Shown here: positions 8,927 through 21,756 of the stretch, piece after piece
Layout of the letters: the number at the start of each line of letters is the position of its first letter
How positions within the stretch are numbered: position 1 is the stretch's first letter
Origin: an uncultured Acidobacteriota bacterium
GTDB lineage: Bacteria > Acidobacteriota > Terriglobia > Terriglobales > Acidobacteriaceae
Reading direction: 5' to 3'
Assembly (NCBI GenBank): GCA_963838785.1
Contig: CAWISI010000003.1
Span: 55,429 to 119,428, forward strand
Length of the DNA: 64,000 nt
Program-made: the position numbers and the translations under genes
The notes under the pieces: generated by a model
What the model was told of the DNA's origin: nothing
Seen by the model: only the letters and a program-made list of their open reading frames with translations
The model's database searches: none

Positions 8927-9336
8927 TGTCTCTGCCTCAAACTCCGGTGAAGATGAACCACTGGAGCGAGTAATCTGAAATAATAAGTTCTAATCGGTGC
9001 CGGCAGCGGGAATTACCGAAGTACCTAAGCTCCGCGGGCAGGCTCTAACGTGAGGCCGGTTCAGAGACAGAACAAGCGACTCAACACAACTGAAACTTAG
9101 GCATTCGCGGTTACGTATCAGGATGGCAGGCCGGAGTGCGGGCCAAAGGCTAAAAGCCAATAGCTGGAAGCCAATGGCTTCGTGACAAATGTCAGCCGCG
9201 TTCGACTGACGATCCGCACTGGCAGGTTAAAGCCGATAAATGAATATGGAAGTGGTTGTTAGCGTGGCAATTGATCGGCTATGCTGGGTGGTCCCAAAAA
9301 GGTTCGGCGGCCTCGTTGTAACCCAGGAATTCGAAC

Positions 9337-10493
9337 ATGACATTGACCACCTTTGTCCGCAAAAATGCTTTCCGCAACAAGCGGCGCAGCATCCTCACCG
9401 TATTGAGTATTGCGTTTTCGCTCCTGCTGCTGTCTTTCCTGATGTCGGTCTGGAGAGCGTTCTATATTGACCAGGGAAGCGCGGAATCGGCGCAGCGTCT
9501 GGTTACGCGGCACAAGGTTTCGCTGGCCAATTTTCTTCCCGGCTATTACCGGGCCAAAATTCGCGCTATTCCCGGGAGTCGTGCACGTGGTACCGCTGGC
9601 CTGGTTTCAGGGAATTTATAAAGATGAAAAGCCGGAGAATTTTTTCGCGCGCTTTGGCACCGATCCCGACGAATTCTTTGCAGGTTTACAAAGAACTGTC
9701 GATTCCGCCCGATCAACTCGAAGCCTGGAAAAAAGACCGCGCTGGGGCGGTGGCTGACATTGCGCTGGCAAAAAAATATGGCTGGAAGGTTGGCGATCGA
9801 ATCGTCATCCAGGGGGACATTTATCCCATCCGGCTCGAGCTAACCCTGCGTGGCCTTTTTACTACTACCGAGCCGAATAATGCTCTTTACTTCAATTGGA
9901 AGTACGTTGAAGAAGGCGTGGCTTTCGCCAAAGACAAAGCTGGCCTCTTTACGATTCTGGTCGACTCTCCGCAGGACGTGAATCGCGTGGCGCTGGCGAT
10001 AGACCAGATGTTCGCGAACGCGCCGGAGCCGACGAAAACCGAAACTGAGAAATCGTTCCAGCTCAGCTTTATCTCCATGCTGGGCAACGTGAAAGCGTTC
10101 ATTCTGGTCATCTCGCTGGCCGCGGTTTTCACCATACTTCTGGTTTCCGGGAACACCATGGCCATGTCAATCCGCGAGCGGACGCGGGAAGTCGCCGTGC
10201 TGAAGACTCTGGGCTTCAGACGGCAGACCATACTCGGCTTGTTCATCGGCGAGGCGGTCACCATCGCGCTGATCGGCGGGATTGTCGGCAGCGTGGTGGC
10301 ATTCCCGCTGCTCTGGGGTTTATCGCACGCGCCGCAGATGGGTGGACTGTTTCTGGTGGCGGTGCGGGAGTGGCGCTACGTCGCTCCGGTTTCGTGGGTA
10401 GTCGCTGGCGTGGCAGGATTTCTCAGTGCGGCGATCCCGGCTTATGCCGCTTCACGTACGGGAATTGTCGACGGCTTGCGTCACATCGGATAA
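9337..10493 (+). CDS. ABC transporter permease, FtsX/MacB type (2 frame breaks)
   Basis: N-terminal TM (RRSILTVLSIAFSLLLLSF), a periplasmic domain, and a C-terminal FtsX motif SIRERTREVAVLKTLGFRRQTILGLFIGEA. Confidence 0.75.
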
Positions 10494-10503
10494 GGAAAAG
10501 TTT

Positions 10504-11667
10504 ATGGCGATACCGATCAGATACAACATCCGCAACATGATATTGCGCAAGGGGCTCACCACCATGACGGCGCTGGGCATCGCGATGACGGTCATGACCG
10601 CCGTTTTCCTGATGATGCTGTTGGCCGGCATGCAACGGGCATTCGTAGACCAGCGGCGATCCGCTGAACGTGCTGGTCATGCGCAAAGGGTCGACTCAGG
10701 AACTCGCGGGTGGTTTCACGAAGGATAAATTGCCGATTCTGACCGCGCTTCCGGGCATCGCGAAAGACAGCCACGGTCAGCCACTGGTTTCCGGCGAGTG
10801 GGTGGTGATCGTCAATCTCCCGCGCAAGGATGGAACCGGCGAGACCAACGTGACGCTGCGCGGCATGGTCCCCGACGGTCTGGAGTTCCGCCCCAGGGTA
10901 AAATTGGTCGAAGGACGGTGGTTTACTGCTGGGCAGCGCGAAGTGGTAGTGAGCCAGTCTATTCACAAACGTTTTGGTCACACCAATGTCGGCGACATGA
11001 TCGACTTCGGAAAAGGACCGTGGAAAGTGGTCGGCATTTTCGACGCCGGCGGTACTTCATACGACTCCGAAATTTGGAGCGATATTAATCAAGTCTGCCG
11101 ACCAGTTCAATCGCCAGAACGCGGTCGGTTCAGCCTACCTGCGCGCAACTGATCCGATCGCTGCTGATGCCTTGAAGCATCGCGTGGCGACGATCAGCGC
11201 CTGGAGCTTGGCATGTTGGAAACGGAATATTACGACAAGCAGACCAGTTCGGGTGCGCCCATCCGCGTTATGGGTTACATCGTGGGTTTGACCATGGCGA
11301 TTGGATCAATTTTCGCCGCCGCGAATACCATGTATGCCGCGGTGGCTTACCGTTCGCGCGAGATTGCAACCCTGCGGGTGATCGGCTTCCGCCGGAGCAG
11401 CATCGTGATTTCATTCATTTTCGAATCTGTGCTGCTGGCGCTGATCGGCGCGGCGATCGGAATCATTTTGATGCTGCCGTTTAATGGCATGACGACTGGA
11501 ACCTCAAATGCAGTCACTTTCAGCGAAGTAGTCTTCAGCATGCGGATCACACTGCAGGTAGTGATTATCGGCGGTCGATGTTTGCAGTTGCGATGGGATT
11601 GATTGGGGGCGTTGCGCCGGCATGGGGCGCGGCCCGGCGCGAAATTTTATCGGCTTTGAGAGATTAA
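10504..11667 (+). CDS. Second ABC transporter permease, FtsX/MacB type (about 3 frame breaks)
   Basis: MAIPIRYNIRNMILRKGLTTMTALGIAMTV... then AYRSREIATLRVIGFRRSSIVISFIFES. The terminal ...GGVAPAWGAARREILSALRD is reached in another frame. Confidence 0.75.
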
Positions 11668-11674
11668 GAATCAA

Positions 11675-13042
11675 ATGGCACTCGATACCAAACATCACGA
11701 TCTGGCAGGACTGCGAATCGACCGCTCGGCGCCGCCCGAACACTCCGGACCGTCCGCTGTGGGCGCGGACTTACATACTTGCGGGCGTGGGCATTAGTTT
11801 TCCTGCTCGGCCTGGCTACGTTGGCGTATCGGATGTTCGCCGGATCGACCGCCGAGGTCGAGGTGGTTCGCGCTGCGGCGCAAGGCGGAGACAGCGGCGG
11901 CACGGTGCTGACCGCTACCGGCTATATCGTTCCTCACCACACCATCAATGTGAATTCGAAAGTGACCGGCCGCGTGAAGTGGATCGGCGTCGAGAAAGGC
12001 GACAAGGTTAAAGAGGGCCAGGTGCTGGTGAAACTCGAAGATGATGAATTCCGCGCGCAGTACGAGCAGGCGCGAGGCGCGGCTGACAGCGCACGCGCTT
12101 ATCTCGAAGAACTGCAACAACGGATCACGTCCCGAGGAGATCGCCGAGGCGCAACATAACCTGGATGAAGCGCAAGCCACGCTGGTCAATGACAAGCTCA
12201 CACTGGATCGCACGCGGCAGCTTGCCGGCCAGGGCGTAGTTTCAAGACAATCGCTGGACGATGCGGTCGCGAAGTTCGACTCTGACCAGCAACGCGTAAA
12301 TTCGCTGCAGAAGGCATTCCAGTTATCGAAGATTGGGCCGCGCCCGGAAGAGATTGCACGCGCAAAGGGCGCGCTGACACAGGCGGAGGGGCAGGAGGCG
12401 TACGCGAAATCGCTGCTCGATGCCACCATCATTCGCGCGCCGGTCAGTGGGACCATTCTTGATCGCACCGCCGAAAAAGGCGAACTGATCACGGCGCAGT
12501 TTGCCAGTTCGGCTGAAGGCGGTCCGCAAGGATCGGTCGTGTCGCTGGCCGACTTGAATGACATTCAGGCCGACCTTGATATCGCGCAGGATGATTTTGC
12601 CAAGCTCACTCCGAAGCAGAAGGCGGTCGTCAGTGTCGATGCGTTCCCTGATCTGCATTGGAATGGCGAGATTGCGGAAGTTTCGCCGCAAGCCAACCGG
12701 CAGAAGGCGACCATCGAAGTGAAGGTGCAGATCCTCGATCCCGATTCGCATCTGCGGCCGGAGATGAACACCACCGTGCGATTCATCGCCGACGAAAACA
12801 AGCCCACCACAACTCAGGCCAGCGGAGCTTACGTACCGTCGGCTGGATTGCGCGATGCCGACGGGCAAAAGTATGTGCTGCTCGCATTCGACGGCAAGGC
12901 CATGCGGCGCAATGTCAACATTATTTCCCAGCGCAGCGGCGGCGCGCTGGTGAGTGGATTGAACGGCGGCGAGTCGGTGATCACGACCGCGCCTGAAGGT
13001 TTGAAAGACGGGGACAAAATCAAGATCAAGGGACAATCATGA
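11675..13042 (+). CDS. HlyD/membrane-fusion periplasmic adaptor (2 frame breaks)
   Basis: Biotinyl-lipoyl-like VNSKVTGRVKWIGVEKGDKVKEGQVLVKLED, a coiled-coil hairpin, and IRAPVSGTILDRTAEKGELI. The stop overlaps the next ATG (ATGA). Confidence 0.75.
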
Positions 13043-13751
13043 GCACAGCTATTGCAAATAATGTTGCGACGGCGACCCAGGTCGTGCAGGCACGCAACGT
13101 CAGCAAAATTTTCAAGCGCGACGCCTTTCGAAGTGAAGGCGCTGGATAACGTTTCGATCGAGATCGCCGGCGGCGAATTCGTGGCGCTCATGGGGCCTTC
13201 GGGCTCGGGCAAGACCACGCTGCTGAATATGATCGCGGCCATTGACCGGCCCACCGCGGGAGAGTTGCTGGTGCTGGGGCAAAATATTTTTCGCTTCAGC
13301 GATGCGCAGTCGGCGAAATGGCGGAACGAGCACATCGGGTACGTGTTTCAGACATTCAATCTGATTCCGGTGCTGACGGCATTTGAAAACGTCGAACTGC
13401 CGCTGCTGTTGACCAAGCTGAACTCCCAGCAGAGAAGAGATCACGTCATGACCGCGCTGAAGCTGGTGGGACTGCAGGACCGCGTGCATCATCTGCCGAA
13501 GCAGCTGTCCGGTGGACAAGAACAGCGGGTCGCCATCGCGCGCGCCATCGTCAGCGATCCGACTTTGCTGCTGGCCGACGAACCGACCGGGGATCTGGAC
13601 AGTCAATCGGCCACCGAAGTGCTCGAAATCCTGAAGCGGCTGAATCGAGGACTTTCACAAGACCGTGATCATGGTGACCCACGATCCGCATGCGGCCTCG
13701 TATGCGCATGTGACGCGGCATTTGGAAAAAGGCATGTTGTTGCCGGCTTAG
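13039..13751 (+). CDS. ABC transporter ATP-binding protein (MacB/LolD-like; 2 frame breaks)
   Basis: Walker [11 protein letters not shown]-loop, signature [14 protein letters not shown], Walker [13 protein letters not shown]. The H-loop VTHDP is recovered after a frame change. Confidence 0.85.
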
Positions 13752-13758
13752 AGGAAGT

Positions 13759-13779
13759 GGACGGGCGAGACGCCCGTCC
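13759..13779 (+). terminator. GGACGGGCG-aga-CGCCCGTCC hairpin after the ABC operon (member of a hairpin family)
   Basis: Perfect 9-bp stem 8 nt after the stop, with no strong T-tract. Same stem sequence as 47434..47453 and 47491..47512. Confidence 0.45.
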
Positions 13780-13976
13780 CCCACGCTTCCTCTTGTTTCC
13801 TTGCTTTCAGACACCTCCGCCGATCTCACCTTCCCTAAAGCGGAAGCCTCGCGCTGCCGATGAAAGGCCCATGCAGCAGCCCTTTGCATGGGAAGGCACG
13901 GCCGGCGTCTGTGGTGCCGCATTATGATCGGCGCGGCCGCGACCGTGCGGAAGGCGGGTTCCCGCCAGAACCCGAA

Positions 13977-14831
13977 ATGTCGATCCACTGATTCAGATTC
14001 GCGACCTGATCTACAACGCCGCGGGAATTTTTCAGGCCGACAACAAATTGCAACTTCTGGAAGACCGGTGCCGTCGGCGCATGAAGGCGCTCGGTGTTCC
14101 GACTTTGCGCCAATATTACGACTGCCTCACGGTCAACTCCATGCGACAGGCGGAAATGGTCAGCCTGCTGAACGAAATCACGGTTGGAGAAACTTACTTT
14201 TTCCGCAACCTGCCGCAGTTGGAGGTGATCCGCAAAATCGTATTGCCCTCGATCATCCAAGCAAAAGCCCGGGTTGGGCAGAACCGGATTCGCATATGGA
14301 GCGCCGGCTGCTCCACCGGAGAAGAGCCGTTCACTCTCGCCATGATTTTGCTTGAGGAATCCGCGGGCCGGCTGAAGGGATGGGTGACCGAGATCATGGC
14401 CAGCGATTTGAATGAGCGCTCCATCAGCCATGCGCGCACGGGGATTTACGGAGAGTACAGCACACGAAACCTGGATGCCCATTTCCGCGACAAGTATTTC
14501 CGCGTCGATGGGCGACAAGCTGCAACTCAATCAGGAGGTGCAGGCCAAAGTCATCTTCAGCCGGATCAATTTATTGGACGACTCCCGCATGCTGTTGGCT
14601 CAGAGCATCGACCTCATCCTGTGCTGCAATGTGCTGATCTATTTTGACGTGGCCTCGAAAAAGCGCGTGCTCCAGCATTTCTACCGCTCCCTGCTGCCGC
14701 ACGGATATCTTTTCCTTGGGCACTCTGAATCCCTGTACGGCATCAGCCAGGATTTCCGGCTGGTCCACATGCCGTCGGCCACCGCTTATGTGAAATCTGA
14801 GAACGCCGGAAACGGTGGAGGTGAGCCATGA
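13977..14831 (+). CDS. cheR: CheR-type protein-glutamate O-methyltransferase (frame breaks; start uncertain)
   Basis: ETYFFRNLPQLEVIRKIVLP, IRIWSAGCSTGEEPFTLAMIL, DLILCCNVLIYFD, and GYLFLGHSE after a frame change. Confidence 0.75.
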
Positions 14832-15725
14832 GCATTGCAACCGCCAATCACATCGTCGAAAGACTGGAATCGACCCGCGATCTGCCCACCGTACCCGCGG
14901 TGTTGCTGCCTCTGCTGCGATACATGGAAAAGCCATTGGATCAGGTGGACGTGCATAAGGTGGTGAGTCTGATCTCGCAAGACAAATCGCTGGCGGCACG
15001 CTGCCTGCAGGTGGCAAACTCTCCGCTATTCGGCAGCGCCCACGAGGTAGAAACCATTCAAGCTTCGGTGGTGGCGCTGGGGCTGGACCGTATTCAGCAA
15101 ATCGCGGTCTCCTGCTCGCTGCTGCGGCTCATGCCGGCAACATCGTTTGGCGTCGAACCTGCAGTTTTCTGGGCACACTCCATGGGTTGCGCGCTCAGTC
15201 TCTCACGAATTCGCCGGCCGTATCGGCTATCCGGACGTGGCGAAAGCTTATGCCGCGGGCCTGTCTTCACGATATCGGCATCGTTGCTCTGCTCTGGGTA
15301 GCGCCCCATGAATTTCGCCGCTGCTTCGAAGAAGCCAATCGCCGCCGGATTCCGTTACATGAAGCGGAGCAGCAGATACTAGGCATCACGCATTGCGATA
15401 GCGGAAGAATCATTGCCCGCAACTGGCACCTTCCGGAAGAGCTCACCCGGGTCATCGTCGGCCACCATTCTCCCGGAACGATTCAAGGCGATCCGGCACT
15501 CACCAGCATCGTCTGCGTGAGCGATCTGCTGTGCCGGCTCGGCGGACTGGGATACGGTTACATTGAAGAAAAGAGACTGACTTTGCGGAAGAACCCGCGT
15601 TCGCCATTCTGGCCGCCCGGCACCCCGCGCTTCGCCCCTTCGACCTGGCGCGGTTCACCTTCGAGATGGAGTCCATACTCGACGAAGTTCGCGCCACTGT
15701 CGCGAATATATATGGAGCTCGCTGA
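14828..15725 (+). CDS. HDOD domain signalling protein (2 frame breaks)
   Basis: LPTVPAVLLPLLRYMEKPLDQVDVHKVVSLISQDKSLAARCLQVANSPLFG and GLLHDIGIVALL...HCDSGRIIARNWHLPEEL. Overlaps the cheR stop and the cheB start. Confidence 0.7.
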
Positions 15726-16824
15726 TGCACTCTGCTGCTCCGGCCTTTTCGCCGATTCGCGTTCTCATCGCTGACGATAGCGCAGTCATGCGGGAGGCGC
15801 TATGTCGCGCCATAGAGTCCACACCTACACTGCAGATTTGCGGAACTGCGCGGCGCGGCGAGGAAGCGCTGCAGATGGTGCGCGACCTGAAGCCGGATGT
15901 AATCACCCTGGATGTGGATATGCCCGACCTGGATGGAATCGAAGTGCTGCGGCGAATCATGTTCGAGTCGCCGCGTCCGGTAATCATGGTGAGTTCAGCC
16001 AGCCAGCTAGGAGCCGATGTAACGATTGAGGCGCTCAATATCGGAGCGTTCGATTACATGCTCCAAAATAGACGCGGGACAAGCGGTTGATCCACGAAAG
16101 CTGAAAAGGGAGCTCATCGCCAGAATCGAGGCGGCGGCGAGAAGTCCGCTGGCGCGAAGCAGCCGTTCGGTCCAAGCCGCGCAACATTCGCCCAGGATCG
16201 CAATTCGCCGGCAACTGCGCGCCACTCCGGAAATTATTGCGATGGGAACTTCCACCGGTGGTCCGCAGGCGTTGCAAGAGATATTGCCGGAACTGCCCGG
16301 CGATTTTCCTGTCGCCGTGATCGTAGTGCAGCACATGCCTCCGGGATTTACCGCTCCTCTGGCAAAACGGCTGAATACGATTTCAGCGGTCGAGGTCCGC
16401 GAAGCCGAGCATGGCGATATTGTTGAGCCCGGCAATGTATATATCGCGCCGGCCGGAAGACACCTGAGAGTCAGGCGACGGCCCGAGGCAAAAGGAATAT
16501 TGCAAACAAAAATTTGCCTCTCAGACCATCCGGTGGCGAGCGTGCACAAACCTTCGGCAGACGTCATGATGGTTTCAATAGCCGAAGCCTTTGGAAAATA
16601 CTGCCTGCGGCATCATCCTGACCGGTATGGGCGCAGACGGCTTGCAGGGCATGACTGCGATCAGTCATGCCGGCGGGCTCACCATCGGGCAAGACGAGGC
16701 CACCAGCGCGGTCTATGGAATGCCTCGAGTCTGCGCCGAACACGGAGTCCTGCACAAGGTCGTTTCCCTGCCGCAAATGCCGGCGCAGATTTTACAGGCT
16801 CTTCACTACAAACCCAAAAACTGA
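15725..16824 (+). CDS. cheB: Protein-glutamate methylesterase/glutaminase CheB (2 frame breaks)
   Basis: Receiver [14 protein letters not shown]...[14 protein letters not shown]. Esterase domain [35 protein letters not shown]. Confidence 0.8.
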
Positions 16825-16840
16825 GCAGCATGGATCTGCG

Positions 16841-19381
16841 TTATTTGGCGCGCGACAGCAGGGTTTGCTCGGGATCTACAACCAGTTTGCGGGTTCCGGC
16901 GGGGACAGAAATACGGAATGGGGTCTGCTCTCCTTCGGCGAAGATTCGCTTCAGAAAAATGTTTCGTCCACCGACAGAGGCATAGATAGGGACAGAAGTC
17001 ACCAGAGTGTCGGACGCCTGCTCCTGCATGAGGGTGCCGCTCACAGTCGCGGTTTTTCCTTTTCCTCGGTCTTCAAATTTCACATCGTGAATAGTAAATG
17101 TCGGGATGGAACTGCCATTGATCCAGCCTTCGTAAAACCAGTCAAGCGATTTGTGGCCCTCGTACCAAAGCGAGGGCGGCAATTCGGATTCAAATATCCG
17201 CATCAGCTCGACGGTGCTGACCGATTCATCTCCATATTCTTTTCGCAATTTGCGGAGAGCGCGCACGAAGGGTTCATCTGCCATTTTTTGCGGGTTCGCC
17301 GCAGCCCTTACTTTGCGCATCGCGCATCATGGTGCGCAGCATGTGCAGCAGCCAGGTCCCGCGACCATAGCACACAGGTTCGTATGCAGAGGGGAATTGC
17401 GACGAGGAAAGCCGGAACCCGAGCGTTACCGGCCCAGCATCCATGATCGGCGCTCCCTTTGGGCCTTTGCCAACAAATCATCGCGGTAGCTCTGCATTAC
17501 GCTGCGGAACTTCGCCGGCTCCCGGGTTTCGAGCAGCATCAGCGCACTGTAGTTAGCGAGCGCTTCCATCATCCATTGATCGCGATAACCGCTCCAATGC
17601 ACCAGGTCCCCCCACCATTGATGCGCCGTCTCATGGGCGATCACCTGATCGGAGCGAATTCTCCGCGCCGGATTGGGCTCCAGCCGGGTTTTCTCCTCCG
17701 GCGTCAGAAATGAAAAGCTGGAAAGAAAAATCAGACCGGGCCAGCCTTGGCTGACCGCTCCCGGCATTTGGGTGATGGCAAGCTCGCCATAGGGATAGGG
17801 GCCGAAGTAGCGTTCGTAAAACTCAATCGCTGCGGCCGCGGCCGCGCCTACAGCGGGCGTATTCACGGCTGGCGAAGGCACTTGCGGTGCATGAATTACA
17901 GGGAAGCTGTGCGCCCCTCCGGTGGTAATCGAGCCGCGCTGCCCAGGAACGACTGGGATTGCGGACTCAGCCAGATCGATTGTTCCTGGAAATCCGCGCT
18001 CCACCGTGGCGGTGGCGTAAGTTGTGACCACCACGTCGCCGGCGCGATTGACGTTTTCTGAATACTTGCCAAGATTAAATCCGGCGACCGGCACCGGCCG
18101 GTCGGTGACCCACTTTGCAGTCTGTTCTCCGCCCGCCGCGCTGATTTGGGTCCGATGTCCGGTGGCGACCAGCGTCCAAGCCGCTGGGTAATGAAATTCC
18201 AGTTCGAAAGATGCCCTGGCGAAACCACGATTGGGATACCAGTTGCCGTGCTCTCCGACATACAACAGTCCATTAGCGGCTTCCGAGAGCACTATCCCGG
18301 AATATTGAAAGCTCAACTCAAGTTTTTGGTTTTTTTCAAGCGGGCCGTCCAAAATCACCGCCACCGCGTCATTGCCTTGCTTGGCCAAGTGTGAGCCCTC
18401 GACCGCCTGGTTGTGAATGAATTCAACCGGCCGACCATCGGCCAGCACGCTGCTCACTCGCAGCAACCGCGAAAGTTCAAAAAACAAAACCCGCTTGCTT
18501 TTGCGATGCGCAACAATGCTCAGGGTCGCGGTGGCGTCCAGCTCCTTCACTGGCTTGATGCGGGCATCGATCTTGAAATCGGTGATGTCGAAATCAACGG
18601 CCGAGGGTTCATCGTCCTTGCGGCGATTCGAAGCGGCAGCGGAATTGCCGGGCAGCGGGACCGCAAATGAGGCCCACACGTCGTAGTAATCTTCGCCATC
18701 CACACGCCGGTGCTGGCCGGCTGCGACCTGCTCATGCAGCATGGAGTCATAGCGGACATCGAATGCGCCGAGCTTATTGCCCTGAACATAAGCGTGCAGC
18801 ATGCGATCGTCGGGTTTTGCGGGGTCGCTGTTGCCCGGCAACGATTCGCTGAAACTCAAAAGCAGACGCAAAGCATCTTCCTGTGCCAGATTGCGCGCGG
18901 TATTGCCCCAGAGCCCGACGAAAGACTCCGCATCATCCGCCGGCCGCAAATAGGGTTGCAACTCCGCGAAGACATCGTCGTTAAAGCGAAAGTAGGCGTA
19001 GGAAAATGTTTCCTCGAGAATTGCGCTGCCGGTGAAAAGCGCCATGGAGGCGCGCTCCGCCTGGTTCGGCGGCATCAGCAACACCTCGCCATAGCCTTGA
19101 TAAAAAGCGCCGGTGATGTGGCCATCCACCGCTTCAGTAAAAGCGATGGTGCCGTCATCGAGCGAAATGTGAAGTTGCGCCCGGTCGAGCGACGCTTCGC
19201 GAATCTTGTAAACCTGCGATTTATCAAGCCCCACAGATCGCAACTTCAGATAGAAAGCCTGCGCAGGGTTTTTCGCGTCTGACGCCGGAATTGGAGAAGC
19301 GCCCGGTGATTGCGCACGCCCCGAGAAGGAGACGGCGGAGAGAAAAATCGCGAGCGAAACTGCTGTGGCGGCCCTACCCAT
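16841..19381 (-). CDS. M1-family zinc metallopeptidase (aminopeptidase N-like), secreted; frame break about 17320-17430
   Basis: Signal peptide; HEXXH-E motif VIAHETAHQWWGDLV...WMMEALANY. The C-terminal domain continues in ORF 16841..17320. Confidence 0.75.
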
Positions 19382-19477
19382 TGTCCTGCAAGGTTCGCAC
19401 TGACCCAGCGGGTCAGTATTCAGCTGTGACCTTGGTCACCTTCGAACCAAGCTCCTGCACCAATAGAATGCGCCTAA

Positions 19478-20891
19478 GTGCGCACATTTGTCACCCCATA
19501 CTGCTGCCTGGCGTTGCTTGCCGCGCGGATTGGCCCAATCGGCGCTGGCCGATATCATCCATTTAAAAAATGGAGGGGCCATCTACGCCGACCAGACGAA
19601 ACAGACCGCCAGCGGAATCGAATATCAGAAGGGCGACGATTCTTACACGATTCCGAACTCGGTGGTTCAGAGCGTAGAAAAGAGTGACGCCCCGACCGCC
19701 CGGCCGCCAACTCGGCAATTCCCGCTTTTGCGCCCGAGACTCATGCCGTCGGCGAAGATCAGTTGCTGGGTCAAGTCATTCATGCCGGCAAAGTAGACCG
19801 CGATGTGCTTATGCAAATCGACGCAGCCGGCAACCGGGCCGCGACCGCGATCGCCTACTATGTCGCGGGCAAGCAGGAATTTCAGGCGGGCGATTATTCT
19901 TCGGCCCGGCGTGATTTTGAAACTGCCCTGCGAAATGATCCCCAGAATCCGGCCATCCTGAATTTTTATGCGGCCCTGCTGGTGAAAACCGGAAATGCGC
20001 AGCAGGCGATGCTCTATGCCCAACGTGCAGTTGAACAAGCCCCGGATTCGGCTGACGCCTACGCGGTACTCGGATATGCGCAGTACTCCGCCGACCATCC
20101 CAGAGATGCCATCCAAAGCTGGAAGAAATCACTCGCGTTGCGGCCGGACGCCTCCATCAAGCAACTGCTGGACCGTACTGAACGGGAACGATATGTGGAG
20201 AGCAATTTCTCCGAGCGCGAGACCGGACATTTTATATTGCGCTACGAAGGCACCCAGACCTCCGACACTCTGCGGGCGCAGATTCTTGAGACACTCGAAT
20301 CGGCCTACCAGGATTTGTCCCGCGAATTTGGCAATGAGCCTCGCTCCAGTATTCCGGTGGTTCTCTACACCAGCCAGGATTTTTTCGATGTGACCCGCGC
20401 GCCCGGTTGGGTGGGCGCACTGAATGACGGCAAAATCCGCATCCCTTTCCGAGGGGTGAATTCCGTCACTCCGGCTATGGCCCGCATTCTCCGCCACGAA
20501 CTGACCCATTCATTTGTAAATCAAGCTACCCAGGGCCGCTGCCCGCAATGGCTGAACGAGGGCATCGCGCAAATGCTCGAACCAAGACCGTTGGGCGACG
20601 GCCCAGCCTTGGCGCGTTTATTCAAAACCGATCGCGAAATCCCACTCAACTCGATGGAAGGCGGATTTTCCATCGTTCTCCACCGGCCAGGCTACGCTGG
20701 CTTATGCCGAGTCGTTGGCCACCGTCTCCTATATTCGCGACCAGTACGGCATGAGCGACGTGTTGCGAATATTGGAAAAGCTGGGACAGGGCGAATCGGT
20801 GGAATCGGCGCTGCGGTCGACCATTCATTGCGATTATCGGCAGCTGCAGGAAGAAACCGGAGCGGCATTAATTCACCAGTTTGGCGGCTGA
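19478..20891 (+). CDS. Secreted TPR-repeat protein with MA-clan peptidase-like domain (frame breaks)
   Basis: TPR segments (AIAYYVAGKQEFQAGDYSSARRDFETALRNDPQN), then HELTHSF...WLNEGIAQ (HExxH plus E). Confidence 0.6.
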
Positions 20892-21024
20892 CGGTCCCGA
20901 TGTGGGATTCGGCTCGCTACTTTCGTGCACGCTTTTGATCGAATCAGGACCGAGTTCTGTTTGGTTCAGTGCTACAGTTCGTTCTGCCAAAGTGAGTCCA
21001 GCACTGAACCGGTGTTCGCAGCGC

Positions 21025-21748
21025 ATGTCCGGGAAGCACCCCGTCCAAGCCACCATTCCCGAAATTCGCAACGGTTCCCTGAGCGCGGTCTACTATGGCC
21101 AACGCCGGCACGGCGACTTCTACGATTTTGTATCTGTGGCGCCCGGTAAAGTGCTCTTCGGATTGTTTGACGTGGCTGGAGAGCTACAACAGGCCCGCGG
21201 GATCATGGTGGACTGTACAGCGTAACTTCCGCAATTGGGGAGCAAAGCTGCTCAGCGATGAGCATGGAAACGAGATCGGCTCCCTGATCGAACTCTGGAT
21301 CTTGTGCAACCGCGCCACGATAAATCCGCCGGCGGGGTGCATGCTTGCGCGGCATTTATTGGTTGTTATGACGATCAGCCAGGTATCGTCTCTTATGTAA
21401 ATGCCGGGCACACGCCTGCATTGGTGCGGCACAAACAAAAAATCCGGCCACTGGAAGCTACCGCTTTGCCCTTCGGGCTTTTTTCCGGGCTGGTTCCCGG
21501 CGCGTCGGTGGTGGCGTTGAATCCCGGGGACGCTCTGTTGCTGGTTTCAAAAGGCGTCGTAGAAGCAGACTATCGTGGAGAAAAGTATGGATTGCAGCGG
21601 GCGGCGGATTGCCTCGATCAGTCGCGAATCGAAAGCGCGCACGAAGTCTGCGTCGGTCTGCTGGAACAGGTGCGGCGGTTCATGCATGCGCCACCGACGT
21701 CATGATGATGTGACCGCGCTGGCGTTAGTTCGATCAACTCAATTTTGA
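21025..21748 (+). CDS. PP2C/SpoIIE-family serine phosphatase (about 3 frame breaks)
   Basis: GDFYDF...FGLFDVAG, YVNAGHTPAL, and a terminal DDVTALALVR recovered in another frame. Confidence 0.65.
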
Positions 21749-21756
21749 CTCACGCT

